Part shown: positions 49,468 through 59,343 of the stretch, piece by piece
Position numbering within the stretch: position 1 is the stretch's first letter
Layout of the letters: each line of letters starts with the position of its first letter
Source of the DNA: Candidatus Latescibacterota bacterium
GTDB taxonomy: Bacteria; Latescibacterota; CBDEFO01
Direction of reading: 5' to 3'
DNA length: 64,000 nt
Assembly (NCBI GenBank): GCA_965248755.1
Contig: OZ252149.1
Location: forward strand, 32,001-96,000
Translations under genes and position numbers: made by a program
Notes under the pieces: generated by a model
Seen by the model: the letters and a program-made list of their open reading frames with translations, nothing else
Database searches by the model: none
What the model was told of the DNA's origin: nothing

Positions 49468-50808
49468 TTATGCAGATGGAGATGGAACAGGGGACGCTTC
49501 GGTCATCTTCTGGAACGATCGTCCGGCAACCCGCGCAGCCAGTATCCAGACAACGACAATAGCAGCGGTGGCAAGCGACAGCCACCGGATAGTGCTGAAC
49601 TCAGAGAATACCAGTGTGATCACCAAGAGGAGACCCACAGACAGTGCCTTTGCAAAACGCTGGACGAACATATCGATAAACGCCTTGGCCCCATATTTCT
49701 CCTCTCTCGTGGTCGGCACGTAGAGGACCTCCTTGGCCAACTGGTTCATCGAATAGCTGAAGCCACTGTCACAGGTATTCAAAGCGCTGCCAAGGAGCAG
49801 CACCGGTGCGATCATAAAACCGGTCGAACCGAGCAAGACGGTCACCGGCAGGAACAGTAGGGCCGTACCCACACCAAAACGGGTCATGACTAAGCTGGTG
49901 AGGAGAAGCTGCACAAACAGGGCCACACCGTTGGAAACGACGTATACTGTGGCAAGATGGACGGTATAAGCCTCCTTAACCAGGTAATGTGTGACAGTCT
50001 CCTTGAACTGGAAATCCATAATGGTCGAGACCATCTCGTAGAGACCAACAATCGCCATGATGGATAGTAGGTAACGGGATCGGAACACTAAGCGTGCGCC
50101 CTCCAAAGCCGGATTGCCTGCCGCTTGAGTCTCCTTCTTCTGTGATACCTCAGGTGGCGGGCGGCGAGATACTATCCTGCCGACGATCATTGCGATAAGG
50201 ATGATGATCATGGCGATCCCCAGGCAGATCCAGAGCCACTCAGAGGAACTCAGATCTTTCACTTTTGCCCTGAGCACTAAAGACCCAAAGGCGCCCCCCG
50301 TCACACCTCCCAGGCCGATCAGGCCGTAGAGCCGTTTCGCCGTATCGGGATCTACACTGTCGTTGAGAAAGGCAAAAAAGGTAACCACCATCAGCGTGCT
50401 GAATAGGTCTCCAAATAGGTAGAAGGACCAGACTGTTACGTCGCCCGGGGTATCCAGCACGGTACTGTAGAGGACATAGCAGGCGATGAAGAAGCCGGAG
50501 AAGATGTAGGTGAGTTGTTGGCGCCGAAAGTATCGGGCCAGAAGAGTGAAGACCGTTACAGCCACAAATGCCACGACCATGTTCAGCACCTTGGCAATCA
50601 GTTCCGCCTGGGCCGGACGCAGGTGCCAGTAGAATATATCGAAACCGATTTCATCATAATACCAGAGGAAAAGCCCACTTTTGATCGGCTTGAGGATCCA
50701 GAAGCTGGCGATGACCAGGAAGAAGTAGAGGAACATCAACAGTGCCAGCGGAACTTCCTCACGCCGGATGTTCATAATCTGTCTGAAAGGATTCGCCTGA
50801 GATGCCAT
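49468..50808 (-). CDS. NTT/TLC (Npt1-like) nucleotide transporter
   Basis: FWILKPIKSGLF, AKRLYGLIGLGG, MDFQFK, LYVPTTREEKYGAKAFIDMFVQRFAK; about 12 TM helices. Confidence 0.88.
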   Translation of the reverse strand: MASQANPFRQIMNIRREEVPLALLMFLYFFLVIASFWILKPIKSGLFLWYYDEIGFDIFYWHLRPAQAELIAKVLNMVVAFVAVTVFTLLARYFRRQQLTYIFSGFFIACYVLYSTVLDTPGDVTVWSFYLFGDLFSTLMVVTFFAFLNDSVDPDTAKRLYGLIGLGGVTGGAFGSLVLRAKVKDLSSSEWLWICLGIAMIIILIAMIVGRIVSRRPPPEVSQKKETQAAGNPALEGARLVFRSRYLLSIMAIVGLYEMVSTIMDFQFKETVTHYLVKEAYTVHLATVYVVSNGVALFVQLLLTSLVMTRFGVGTALLFLPVTVLLGSTGFMIAPVLLLGSALNTCDSGFSYSMNQLAKEVLYVPTTREEKYGAKAFIDMFVQRFAKALSVGLLLVITLVFSEFSTIRWLSLATAAIVVVWILAARVAGRSFQKMTEASPVPSPSA

Positions 50809-50832
50809 ATACGCTCCGATCTTATAGGGGAG

Positions 50833-52560
50833 TTATTCCTCGCGCTCGATCCGCACAATCTGATAGTGTCCCGATTCCCACACGTAAAAATAGACCCTTG
50901 TATATTTGGATGTCTGACCGTCACGTAGGGTCCGGATCTCGTACCCGTAAAACTGCCTCGCAGTCAGATTTTCCTCCAGAGGGATAAGAGTCTCCCCGCG
51001 CAGTATCTTTTCTGGGCCGATCGCCTTCCCCCGGTCGTTCAACAGCCTATACCGATAGGTCGTCTCCGATAAAGAGGCGAGTTTCCCACGCACGGCTAAG
51101 TCTTCAAACTTCATCCCTTTGCTGTCTATGGAAAACCGATCGAGGGGATTGATCTTGCCAAACCAGTAGCGTCCTATTATGTCCCGGCGTTCGATCAAAA
51201 GGCGGGTCAGTTCCACCTCCGCTTTCGGGTTGGATAAGCGTCCGGTCTTTACCATCGCCGCGATCTCCTCATCCGAGAACGACATAACGATTTTGGCACC
51301 CCAGTAGCCGTCCCGGTTGGTGCGCCGCTGAAACGCCGGGTTAGGATAGGTGGGCGACCACCTCCCCGGATGGAAGACCTCACTTTCGAAATACCCGATG
51401 GAGGGATATTTCATCGGCAGGGGATCCTCCCACGCCTTCTTGTAGAAGCCCAGTGCAAAGAGCGACAGCCCGATATTCCGAGGGTCGAAGACATATTCGT
51501 TCCCGTACATTGGAGGATGGGGCATCCAGTAGTTGCTGCCAATTGTAGACCCCATGTCGATGAGGTAGTGCTTGATGTAGCGTCGTCCCTTTTCGTCGGT
51601 CACGTACATATCCAGCGTGTTGGCGGCGCGCCGGTCGCTGTCGTTTATCCAGGAGCCGATGACCCGCAGGCCGCGCAGTTCCCGCCGATGCTGATGTTTC
51701 ACCCGGTCGTTCGGGTCGTCCCTGCGCCGGCCGTGAAAATTGAAGACGCCGACAGGAACAATTCCTTCTAAAAACTCGCTTGCCAGGCACCGCAAGCGGC
51801 CGTCGGGTTGAACGGGGATGTGATTGAGAATGCCGCGAAGATCGGCTTCGGTCATCGGACGTTTAGTGCCTCCAGGTGCCGGTACCTTCGCCTTCGGGCC
51901 GATCTTCAGAATGGACGGATCAAAAAAGACGACGGAGTTTTTGGGGACGCTGTACCCAGAAGCGTACAGAATCTTGGTCGAAATCGTCTCCGCTGCGGAG
52001 GCCATCTCCTCGTTCCTCTCGGCGTCGAACTTGAGAACGAATATAGTTCCGGATACATCCTTGATCCTAAAGCCAGCTGATCCCCCTTCGAACTTACCCT
52101 TGATGATCTCCCAGGGACCGCTGGTATCGGGCTGGGCAACGCCCGGACCCCGCATCAGCTCTTCAATCGTCATCGGGCGGTGGAAATGCCGGTTGGTGTA
52201 CCAGGAGGAGTCTGACGCCTCATCCAGGGCGTTGACGTTATCGGCCTGCTTGACGGGGACTATGTTAAGCAGATTTCCGACCCGCCGTGCAGTCCAACCG
52301 AGGTCGAGGAGCTTGCCGACTTGATAGAAAAGTGTCATATCTATGATGTCCCAGATCTGGTTTTCCTTGACCTCCTTCGGCTTTGGTATGGTCTTGTTGT
52401 CCGCGTCGAACCACTTGATAGGCTTCGTCTTTAGGTTTAGCCCGGAGCCGCAACCCGTCATTATTAGAAGACAGTAGACAGTGGTCAGTAGACGGAGGCA
52501 CCATCTCCCCTCCCTGTCTACTGTTTGCTGTTTGCTGTTTACTCGCTTTTCTGTATCCAT
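50833..52560 (-). CDS. Uncharacterised lipoprotein with atypical (PI3K/HipA-like) kinase motifs
   Basis: Lipobox IMTGC; GKFEGGSAG, FVLKFD, EMASAAE, INDSDRRAAN, YLIDMG. Confidence 0.65.
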   Translation of the reverse strand: MDTEKRVNSKQQTVDREGRWCLRLLTTVYCLLIMTGCGSGLNLKTKPIKWFDADNKTIPKPKEVKENQIWDIIDMTLFYQVGKLLDLGWTARRVGNLLNIVPVKQADNVNALDEASDSSWYTNRHFHRPMTIEELMRGPGVAQPDTSGPWEIIKGKFEGGSAGFRIKDVSGTIFVLKFDAERNEEMASAAETISTKILYASGYSVPKNSVVFFDPSILKIGPKAKVPAPGGTKRPMTEADLRGILNHIPVQPDGRLRCLASEFLEGIVPVGVFNFHGRRRDDPNDRVKHQHRRELRGLRVIGSWINDSDRRAANTLDMYVTDEKGRRYIKHYLIDMGSTIGSNYWMPHPPMYGNEYVFDPRNIGLSLFALGFYKKAWEDPLPMKYPSIGYFESEVFHPGRWSPTYPNPAFQRRTNRDGYWGAKIVMSFSDEEIAAMVKTGRLSNPKAEVELTRLLIERRDIIGRYWFGKINPLDRFSIDSKGMKFEDLAVRGKLASLSETTYRYRLLNDRGKAIGPEKILRGETLIPLEENLTARQFYGYEIRTLRDGQTSKYTRVYFYVWESGHYQIVRIEREE

Positions 52561-53555
52561 TTGCCAGGTCCCACAGGTTTGAGCGAAAAGTCCAGGCTAT
52601 CCCTTTCTATGGTCACAAGCACGTAGTGGTCGCCTCGGTAGGCTACAGCCCGATACTTAGGCGTCTCCTTTGAAGGTGTATGCGTAGGAGCGCCGCCGCC
52701 GCCGGTGACCACAAAATCGACCCCACGATAGATATAGTGTTCGTAGAAGTGGCTGTGTCCCGTAAAGACTACAGTCCGGGCGTAGGGGTCCTTCTCCTTT
52801 CGCCGCGCAAGGTGATCAGCTAAAACCTTTCGCAGACGCTGCTCCTGGGGTCTGGGTACATGTCCTTTGTTCCATCTGAACAGAAACCGCCGGGCCAGCC
52901 CCCCCGAGCCGCTGGAAAATACCGTGTGATGGAGCACTACAAACAGGAAGCGACTTTCGGATGCCTCGTCCAGGCGCTCTCGGAACCACCGGGCATGGAC
53001 ATTTGTCGAATCTTCCGCTCCGATCCAGGGTGGCATTGTCGAATCGATAAAGATGAAGTAGGTGTCTTTCATATGGAAGGCGTAGCTTGAAGCCTGTCCG
53101 ATCGTCTCACCAAAGATATTGACGTAGTCGTCGCTGTCCCCTCCTTTGTGGTCATGGTTGCCCCGGACCGGATAGAAAAACCGTGGCTTCAAGAGAGGTG
53201 TCGTATCCTCTTTGAAGTACGTCCAGAGCAATTTGTCCACGCCGCGCTTCACCAGATCTCCTGTGTGGATCACGAAATCGGGGGACTCTTTTGCGATGGT
53301 CTCTACCACCGCCCGGCGTCTGCGGCGGCGGGCGGAATCATAGCGTAAATCCTTTGGATTTTTGCTGATTCGATTGTCTCCATACACTACAAAGACAACA
53401 GTATCCCTCCGAGCAATAGCCAGGCTGATCGGAGGCGGCACGGACGCCCGTAAACCTTTTTGCGTTAGTCTCGGTGCGGCGCATCCGCCCGCGATCAGGA
53501 GCAGAACAAGCATCCCAAGCCAGATCGACACGGAGTGGGCGTACCACCTCGCCAT
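52539..53555 (-). CDS. Calcineurin-like metallophosphoesterase, probable lipoprotein
   Basis: YGDNR, HTGDLV, GNHD, LHH, GHSH, TGGGG; lipobox IAGGC; alternative start at 53648. Confidence 0.88.
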   Translation of the reverse strand: MARWYAHSVSIWLGMLVLLLIAGGCAAPRLTQKGLRASVPPPISLAIARRDTVVFVVYGDNRISKNPKDLRYDSARRRRRRAVVETIAKESPDFVIHTGDLVKRGVDKLLWTYFKEDTTPLLKPRFFYPVRGNHDHKGGDSDDYVNIFGETIGQASSYAFHMKDTYFIFIDSTMPPWIGAEDSTNVHARWFRERLDEASESRFLFVVLHHTVFSSGSGGLARRFLFRWNKGHVPRPQEQRLRKVLADHLARRKEKDPYARTVVFTGHSHFYEHYIYRGVDFVVTGGGGAPTHTPSKETPKYRAVAYRGDHYVLVTIERDSLDFSLKPVGPGKWIQKSE

Positions 53556-53644
53556 CCGGCCTTTCCCCCGAAAAGTCCTTCGTCCACTTCGTGGCTTGCT
53601 GCCTCCCCAGCAAAGCGGCCATACTGCCTTTCGGGGGACTCTGA

Positions 53645-55093
53645 TCAAAATTTCTGCTCCAGTGTAAACCCCACAAGCGCCTCCTCGGCAGCGCTGTGGC
53701 CAACCCGCAGCTTGCCCAGGAAACCGGTTTCGGACCCGAAAATGATCCCGCCTCCATAGGAAGTCCGGAATCGATCGAAATAAATCTGATCGTAGTCGTC
53801 GAAGACCTGTCCCTCATCCCAAAATAGGAAGGCGTTCCATCTCCCTCTCAAGGAGTCCCAGATCGGATACCGGTATTCAGCGCTCAAAAGCAGTGATCCT
53901 TCACCCCTTAAAAAGCCGCGGTGATAGCCCCTCAAGTGATAGCTTCCAAAGATCGCCAGATCCGGGTACGGGATAATACCGTCTCCGATCCGATGAGCCT
54001 TCTCCAGACGTGCCCGCAACGCCAGGATCCGGTTGCGGAAGAAGAGAGTAAAAAACCGCTGGACTTCAGCTGTCACCTGCACAAAGCGCACATCATCAGA
54101 TCCGATCACATAGTCCGCCTCGGCCTGCAATAGTCCCCCACGTTCGGGGTAGAAGATGTCCCGAAAGTTATGATAGAAGCCGTCGGTATAGATGATGACT
54201 CGGCCTGGGAAACGGTAGATTAAGGGATGGGAGATCTCCCGCTTAGGCCCTTGGTAGTCCCTGTCGTCGTATGAGATTTGTACCCCGAACGAGTAGAGTG
54301 CGATAACATCCGCCAGCCCGATCAGCAACCGGGCCTGAGACGTGGATCCTGGGTCGGTCAGTGTCCCTTCTGGTTCGAACTGCTGTCGGAAATCTCGCCG
54401 TCCGTATCCGAACCTGACCTCTATATAGACATTTTTCTGATAGGGCTCCAATTCCCTTGCATGGGGACGCCACCCGAGCGTCGTCAACGCGTCGAGCCTC
54501 TCGATCTGAAACCGGCGCGTCGAGTGGTCCCGCACAGCGCCGTTGATAGAGGCACTTCTGTGGCGGGTACGGAGAAAGGTCGCCTCGCTCCTCGAGTAGA
54601 GGCGACTTCCCGCCAGGTTCGGATCGAAGTAGAGGACATCACCTCTCTGCCCGCGTCCCCCAGAATAGACGAAGAGGCCCTCAAACCGTTTTCCCCTCCC
54701 GGCAATGTTCGAGTGGAAGACTCTGACGCCGCCCCCGGTCCCAGTCTCTCCTCCTAACTGAACATGGGGAAAGATGCCGAACGTCCGGTCTGCGTTCATA
54801 AACAGGTTCATAGTCCGAGTCGGCAGATGAGTATGCTCCGCCCAGATCGTGAACTTCTTCAGGGGATGTAAGATCAGATTCATCAATGACTTGGGAATGG
54901 TTTGTGGAACGGAGAGGAAGTGCCCTGCAACGCTTCCCTTCGACTCGTAGACATCGTTTGTATCGATCTCCGCGGTCTGCTGTGGGTGGGCGGGCGATGC
55001 CCCGACCAAAGTCAGACCAATACAAAGTGGTAAGACGTGCACTCCGTATGCGACCACTGCGTGTAGAAGTGCTGAAAATAAGCTTCGTTCCAT
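53645..55093 (-). CDS. Omp85 (BamA/TamA-like) outer-membrane beta-barrel protein
   Basis: Amphipathic beta strands, DRD..YPERG, loop motif LRGY, SAEYRYPI, FWDEGQV, terminal Phe (VGFTLEQKF). Confidence 0.85.
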   Translation of the reverse strand: MERSLFSALLHAVVAYGVHVLPLCIGLTLVGASPAHPQQTAEIDTNDVYESKGSVAGHFLSVPQTIPKSLMNLILHPLKKFTIWAEHTHLPTRTMNLFMNADRTFGIFPHVQLGGETGTGGGVRVFHSNIAGRGKRFEGLFVYSGGRGQRGDVLYFDPNLAGSRLYSRSEATFLRTRHRSASINGAVRDHSTRRFQIERLDALTTLGWRPHARELEPYQKNVYIEVRFGYGRRDFRQQFEPEGTLTDPGSTSQARLLIGLADVIALYSFGVQISYDDRDYQGPKREISHPLIYRFPGRVIIYTDGFYHNFRDIFYPERGGLLQAEADYVIGSDDVRFVQVTAEVQRFFTLFFRNRILALRARLEKAHRIGDGIIPYPDLAIFGSYHLRGYHRGFLRGEGSLLLSAEYRYPIWDSLRGRWNAFLFWDEGQVFDDYDQIYFDRFRTSYGGGIIFGSETGFLGKLRVGHSAAEEALVGFTLEQKF

Positions 55094-55322
55094 AACGGGC
55101 AGGCCTTTCCAGGCGATAGGCTAACTTTCAACTATCCTTGATTACGACCACCTCAAGAGTATCTGGCATTGTTCCCTTTCCAATATTATTTGACAAAGGA
55201 GATCGAAACATTCGATCAATATTTTCGTAATATAGGTTCCCATCTTGGTCAACGCAAGCGGAAAATGCACTCATACTAAGCGCCCCTAAATAGACAAAAC
55301 AGAAAAGCAAGGGTTTTTCTAA

Positions 55323-55471
55323 CCCGAATAATTCGTGAAATCTGAGAAGTCTGCATAAATACTGGACTTTCCAGTTATCGCACGAAAACAAAGTTTCTTA
55401 GCCTAAATTGTATAATCGATTGTCGTACATAGAATTATAGAAATTTTCAGCAAGTTTATGAATTAATCAGG
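55323..55471. mobile_element. Putative MITE, copy 2
   Basis: CTAA-CCCGAATAATTCG...TTTATGAATTAATCAGG-CTAA; same termini as 17399-17625. Confidence 0.7.
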
Positions 55472-56027
55472 CTAAATGTATTGTAGAAGATTTTCAGGGA
55501 TCAGATGATCATGGCCTGATTTGAAGATGCACACTGTAAAAAGGGAGTAAATTGTTCTTGACTACTCTAATATTTCAATATATACTAAACAGGCAGACAG
55601 TAGACGGACAGTCCTCTCTCGCATCCCCGATGCTGTCTGCTCATACGGAAGATAAGGAAGGTTCAAGTGGACACTGTAGATCGCGAAGGTGCATGAGGAG
55701 TCTAAAGCGGTTCTATATCGGGCTCGCGAGAACCTGAAGACGGCAGTAGCCTAAGCAAGTAGATGATCGTCCCCCAAAGGACGGCGTGGGCACTGCGGAC
55801 ATTGCTGCCGCCGCTTCTTGCGGGGCCACGAAATGCCAGCAAACCACAAATTGGTGACATGTGTGGCGTGCCACTTTGCTTGAGAAATATCAAGCCAGGA
55901 AGTAGTCGGAGAAATCTTTAAGGGAAAGTGCTTCTCTGTCGTTTTTATGGCCAGACTGTTTCCGCGCAAACATAAGCCAAGAAAAGGGCCTAAAACTTTA
56001 GAGAGACAGTAGGAGGAAGCTAAGATC

Positions 56028-56915
56028 ATGAACGTAAAAGTTGGTAATGCACCGGATTCCTGGGGCGTCTGGTTTCCCGACGATCCCAAGCAAATCCCAT
56101 GGCAGCGATTTCTGGATGAAGTTGCTGAAGCTGACTACGAATGGATCGAACTGGGTCCCTACGGCTACCTTCCCACGGATCTATCCGTACTGCGAGCCGA
56201 ACTGGACAAGCGCGGCTTGAAAGCGACCGCGGGGTTTGCTATGCGCGATCTTGAGGATATGGCAGTGTGGCCTGCGCTGAAAGAGGAGGTGCTTAAGATA
56301 TGCGAATTGGTGGCAGCCTTGGGGGGTAAATTTCTGGTGTTGATTGATGACACCTATTCCAACCTCTCTACGGGTGAGCCGAAGGTGCCGACCCGCCTGG
56401 ACGACAGCGCATGGAAACGGTTGATCGACACCACGCACAAAGCGGCCGACATTGCGCGTGATAAGTTTGACCTCACCCTCGTCTTCCATCCCCATGCCGA
56501 GACGCACGTCGAGTACGAAGACCAGACCGAGGCATTCATAGAACAGACCGACCCTGACCGCGTTTCGCTGTGCCTGGATACCGGACACTATGCCTATCGC
56601 GGTGGCGACCCTGTGAGCTTCATGCGCCGGCACCACGACCGGGTTCCCTACCTGCATCTTAAGAGCGTCGATCGGGAAATACAGAAGAAAGTCGAAGCCG
56701 AACACATTCCCTTTGCTGTAGCTGTGGGGATGGATATGTTCTGCGAGCCATCCGAGGGGGCAGTCGATTTCCTCGCCTTCCGCGATGTCCTGTTCGACGT
56801 TGACTACAACGGCATTGCTATTGTCGAACAGGATATGTACCCTGCCCCGTTCGATAAACCTTTGCCTATTGCCAAGCGTACCCGCAGTTACCTGCGCCAG
56901 ATCGGGATCGGATGA
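56028..56915 (+). CDS. iolE: 2-keto-myo-inositol dehydratase-like TIM-barrel protein
   Basis: APDSWGVW, ELGPYGYLP, FHPHAETHVE, CLDTGH, YLHLK, IVEQD; iolD nearby. Confidence 0.78.
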   Translation: MNVKVGNAPDSWGVWFPDDPKQIPWQRFLDEVAEADYEWIELGPYGYLPTDLSVLRAELDKRGLKATAGFAMRDLEDMAVWPALKEEVLKICELVAALGGKFLVLIDDTYSNLSTGEPKVPTRLDDSAWKRLIDTTHKAADIARDKFDLTLVFHPHAETHVEYEDQTEAFIEQTDPDRVSLCLDTGHYAYRGGDPVSFMRRHHDRVPYLHLKSVDREIQKKVEAEHIPFAVAVGMDMFCEPSEGAVDFLAFRDVLFDVDYNGIAIVEQDMYPAPFDKPLPIAKRTRSYLRQIGIG

Positions 56916-57087
56916 ACTCCGGGTGACCTTCGACTTGACACAGCAACTCCGAGCAGCTTTGGCATCGGTTTGATTGACGAGCTATAGAATAGAGTAAACC
57001 TTGCACATCGTGCCCAGCCATCCGGGCAGAATGTGGCCATGGATGTAAGACGATGCGCCGTCTACCGTTTATCCGTTGAAGGAGTTG

Positions 57088-58122
57088 ATGATGATTGAAC
57101 AGCGAGTAAGGTGGGGCTTGTTGAGTACAGCGCGCATCAATGAGCGATTGATCCCAGCGATCCGCCAGTCGGATCGTTCCGAACTGATAGCAGTCGCCAG
57201 TCGGAGTCAGGAGAAGGCAAAGGACTACGCCAGAAAGTGGAACATTCCACGCGCCTACGGCAGATACGAGGACTTTCTGGCGGACGCAGACATCGATGCG
57301 GTCTATATGTCGTTGCCCAATGCACACCATGCGGAGTGGAGCATCAAGTGTGCCGACGCAGGCAAGCACATCCTGTGCGAAAAGCCGATCGCCCTCACTC
57401 CTGAGGATGTGGATCGCATGGCAGATGCCGCTCAAAAAAACGAGGTGACCCTACAGGAAGCGGCCATGTATCGTTTCCATCCGCAGACACGTAAACTCAT
57501 AGAAATGGTGGCCCAAGGTGCCATTGGAGACCTGCGTGTAATACAAGGTAACTTCGGCTTTACCCTCGCCAACAGGCCTGACATACGTCTTAATCCGAGC
57601 CTTGGGGGTGGGTCTCTGTGGGATATCGGCAGCTATCCGGTCAGCTTTGCACGCGCCATAATGAGAGCAGAGCCAGTTGAGGTGATAGGCTGGCAGGTTC
57701 TGGGTGACGATGAGGTGGATCTGACCTTCTGCGGGCAGATGCGTTTTTCTGCCGGCACGCTGGCTCAGTTCAGTTCCAGCTTCCAGACGATGCCACATTC
57801 AGAGGCGGAACTGATCGGCAGCCAGGGAACGATCCACCTGGATCTACCGTGGCTGAATCTCCTCGGTGAAACAGCGCATGTGCGTATTCTTCGCGGGGGT
57901 AGCACCGAGACAGACACTTTCGGGGACAGTAGAGACGATCTTGCCGCAGAGACTTTCACCTACGAGAATTGTCAAGCCTATTTCAATGAAGTGGAAGCTA
58001 TGGTAGCCACTATTCTGGATGACGCACCGCCTACCATTTCGCTAGAGGACAGTCGGGGCAACATCGCTACGCTGGTTGCGTTGTACAGGTCTGCCAGAGA
58101 AAACAAAATGGTAAAACTTTAA
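57088..58122 (+). CDS. Gfo/Idh/MocA family oxidoreductase
   Basis: [28 protein letters not shown]. Confidence 0.92.
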   Translation: MMIEQRVRWGLLSTARINERLIPAIRQSDRSELIAVASRSQEKAKDYARKWNIPRAYGRYEDFLADADIDAVYMSLPNAHHAEWSIKCADAGKHILCEKPIALTPEDVDRMADAAQKNEVTLQEAAMYRFHPQTRKLIEMVAQGAIGDLRVIQGNFGFTLANRPDIRLNPSLGGGSLWDIGSYPVSFARAIMRAEPVEVIGWQVLGDDEVDLTFCGQMRFSAGTLAQFSSSFQTMPHSEAELIGSQGTIHLDLPWLNLLGETAHVRILRGGSTETDTFGDSRDDLAAETFTYENCQAYFNEVEAMVATILDDAPPTISLEDSRGNIATLVALYRSARENKMVKL

Positions 58123-58132
58123 TGTCAGCATT

Positions 58133-59338
58133 GTGAAAGGAGCAGTTCAATTGACAGAGGAACTTCGATCCATAGGAATCGGCGTGATCGGCATGGGGTG
58201 GATGGGCACAGTCCACAGTCGCTCCTATCGACAGATAGCGGATCGCTTTGCTGAGAGCAGCATCCGACCAAGACTGGTCATATGCGCTGACGACGTGGAG
58301 GCCCGGGGGCGCGAGGCGCAAGAGCGATTCGGTTTTGTACGGTACACGACGGATTGGAAGCAGGTAATAGCGGATCCGGACGTTGAGGTGGTAAATATTA
58401 CTGCACCCAACAACATGCATCTGGAAATGGCCAGGGCAGCCGCAGCCGCCGGAAAACACATCTTCTGCGAGAAACCTATCGGTCGGAGCCCTGAGGAAAC
58501 TGCGGAGATCGAGCACGCCGCACGTCAGGCTAACGTCCTGACGTTTGTGGGTTACAACTATCGCTGGGCACCGGTCGTGCAGTATGCCCGACAACTTATT
58601 AAAGAGGGGAAACTGGGCAGGCTGACGCACTACCGAGGCCGCTTCTTGGTCGGATACGCCAGCAATCCGCACGCCGTCCTGTCCTGGCGTTTCCAGCGAG
58701 AATCTGCCGGAATGGGCGCCCTGGCCGACGTGATGTCACATGTTGTCGATATGGCTCATCTAATCGCAGGCCCAATCAGACGTGTAGTAGGCAATCACGA
58801 GACGTTCATCACACAGCGTCCACTAGCGACACCGGGTTCCGGAACCCATTTCTCGGTCAGCACCGGTGGCCCGATGGGCGAGGTCACCAACGAAGACTAC
58901 GTCGGAGCGCTGGCGCAGTTTGAGAACGGCGTTCAGGGCACGCTCGAGGTGTGTCGAATCATCCGAGGCTCTCAGTGCCAGTTGGCCTTTGAGGTACACG
59001 GGACGGACGGCGCCATCAGTTGGGATTTCCAGAACATGAACCAGATCAAGTTGTACCTGGCCAATGAAGATCCTGCACGAGAAGGCTACACGCACATCCT
59101 GAGTGGACCAGCACACCCGTTTCACGCGCACTTCAACCCAGGTCCGGCAATGGGTTTAGGCTACGACGATCTGAAGGTCATCGAAGCCCACCAGTTCTTA
59201 GAGTCAATTTCAAATGGCAGACAGGGGGAGCCCGGTTTTGGCGAGGCACTGGCGGTAGCTTCTGTGCTGGCAGCGATAGAACGATCGTGGGAGACACAGA
59301 AGTGGGAACCAGTACAATCCCTCAAGAAAGGAGAATAG
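58133..59338 (+). CDS. Gfo/Idh/MocA oxidoreductase (inositol dehydrogenase-like)
   Basis: [35 protein letters not shown]. Confidence 0.9.
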   Translation: MKGAVQLTEELRSIGIGVIGMGWMGTVHSRSYRQIADRFAESSIRPRLVICADDVEARGREAQERFGFVRYTTDWKQVIADPDVEVVNITAPNNMHLEMARAAAAAGKHIFCEKPIGRSPEETAEIEHAARQANVLTFVGYNYRWAPVVQYARQLIKEGKLGRLTHYRGRFLVGYASNPHAVLSWRFQRESAGMGALADVMSHVVDMAHLIAGPIRRVVGNHETFITQRPLATPGSGTHFSVSTGGPMGEVTNEDYVGALAQFENGVQGTLEVCRIIRGSQCQLAFEVHGTDGAISWDFQNMNQIKLYLANEDPAREGYTHILSGPAHPFHAHFNPGPAMGLGYDDLKVIEAHQFLESISNGRQGEPGFGEALAVASVLAAIERSWETQKWEPVQSLKKGE

Positions 59339-59343
59339 CCTAT

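Noticed and set aside
49349..49585. N-terminal extension of the NTT-HEAT ORF
   Set aside because: It runs through the upstream gene's end and a REP doublet; ATG 49348 matches the paralog's start.
55690..55753. HEESKAVLYRARENLKTAVA*, resembling an ECF sigma factor tail
   Set aside because: Too short, with no upstream sigma region; cannot be supported.
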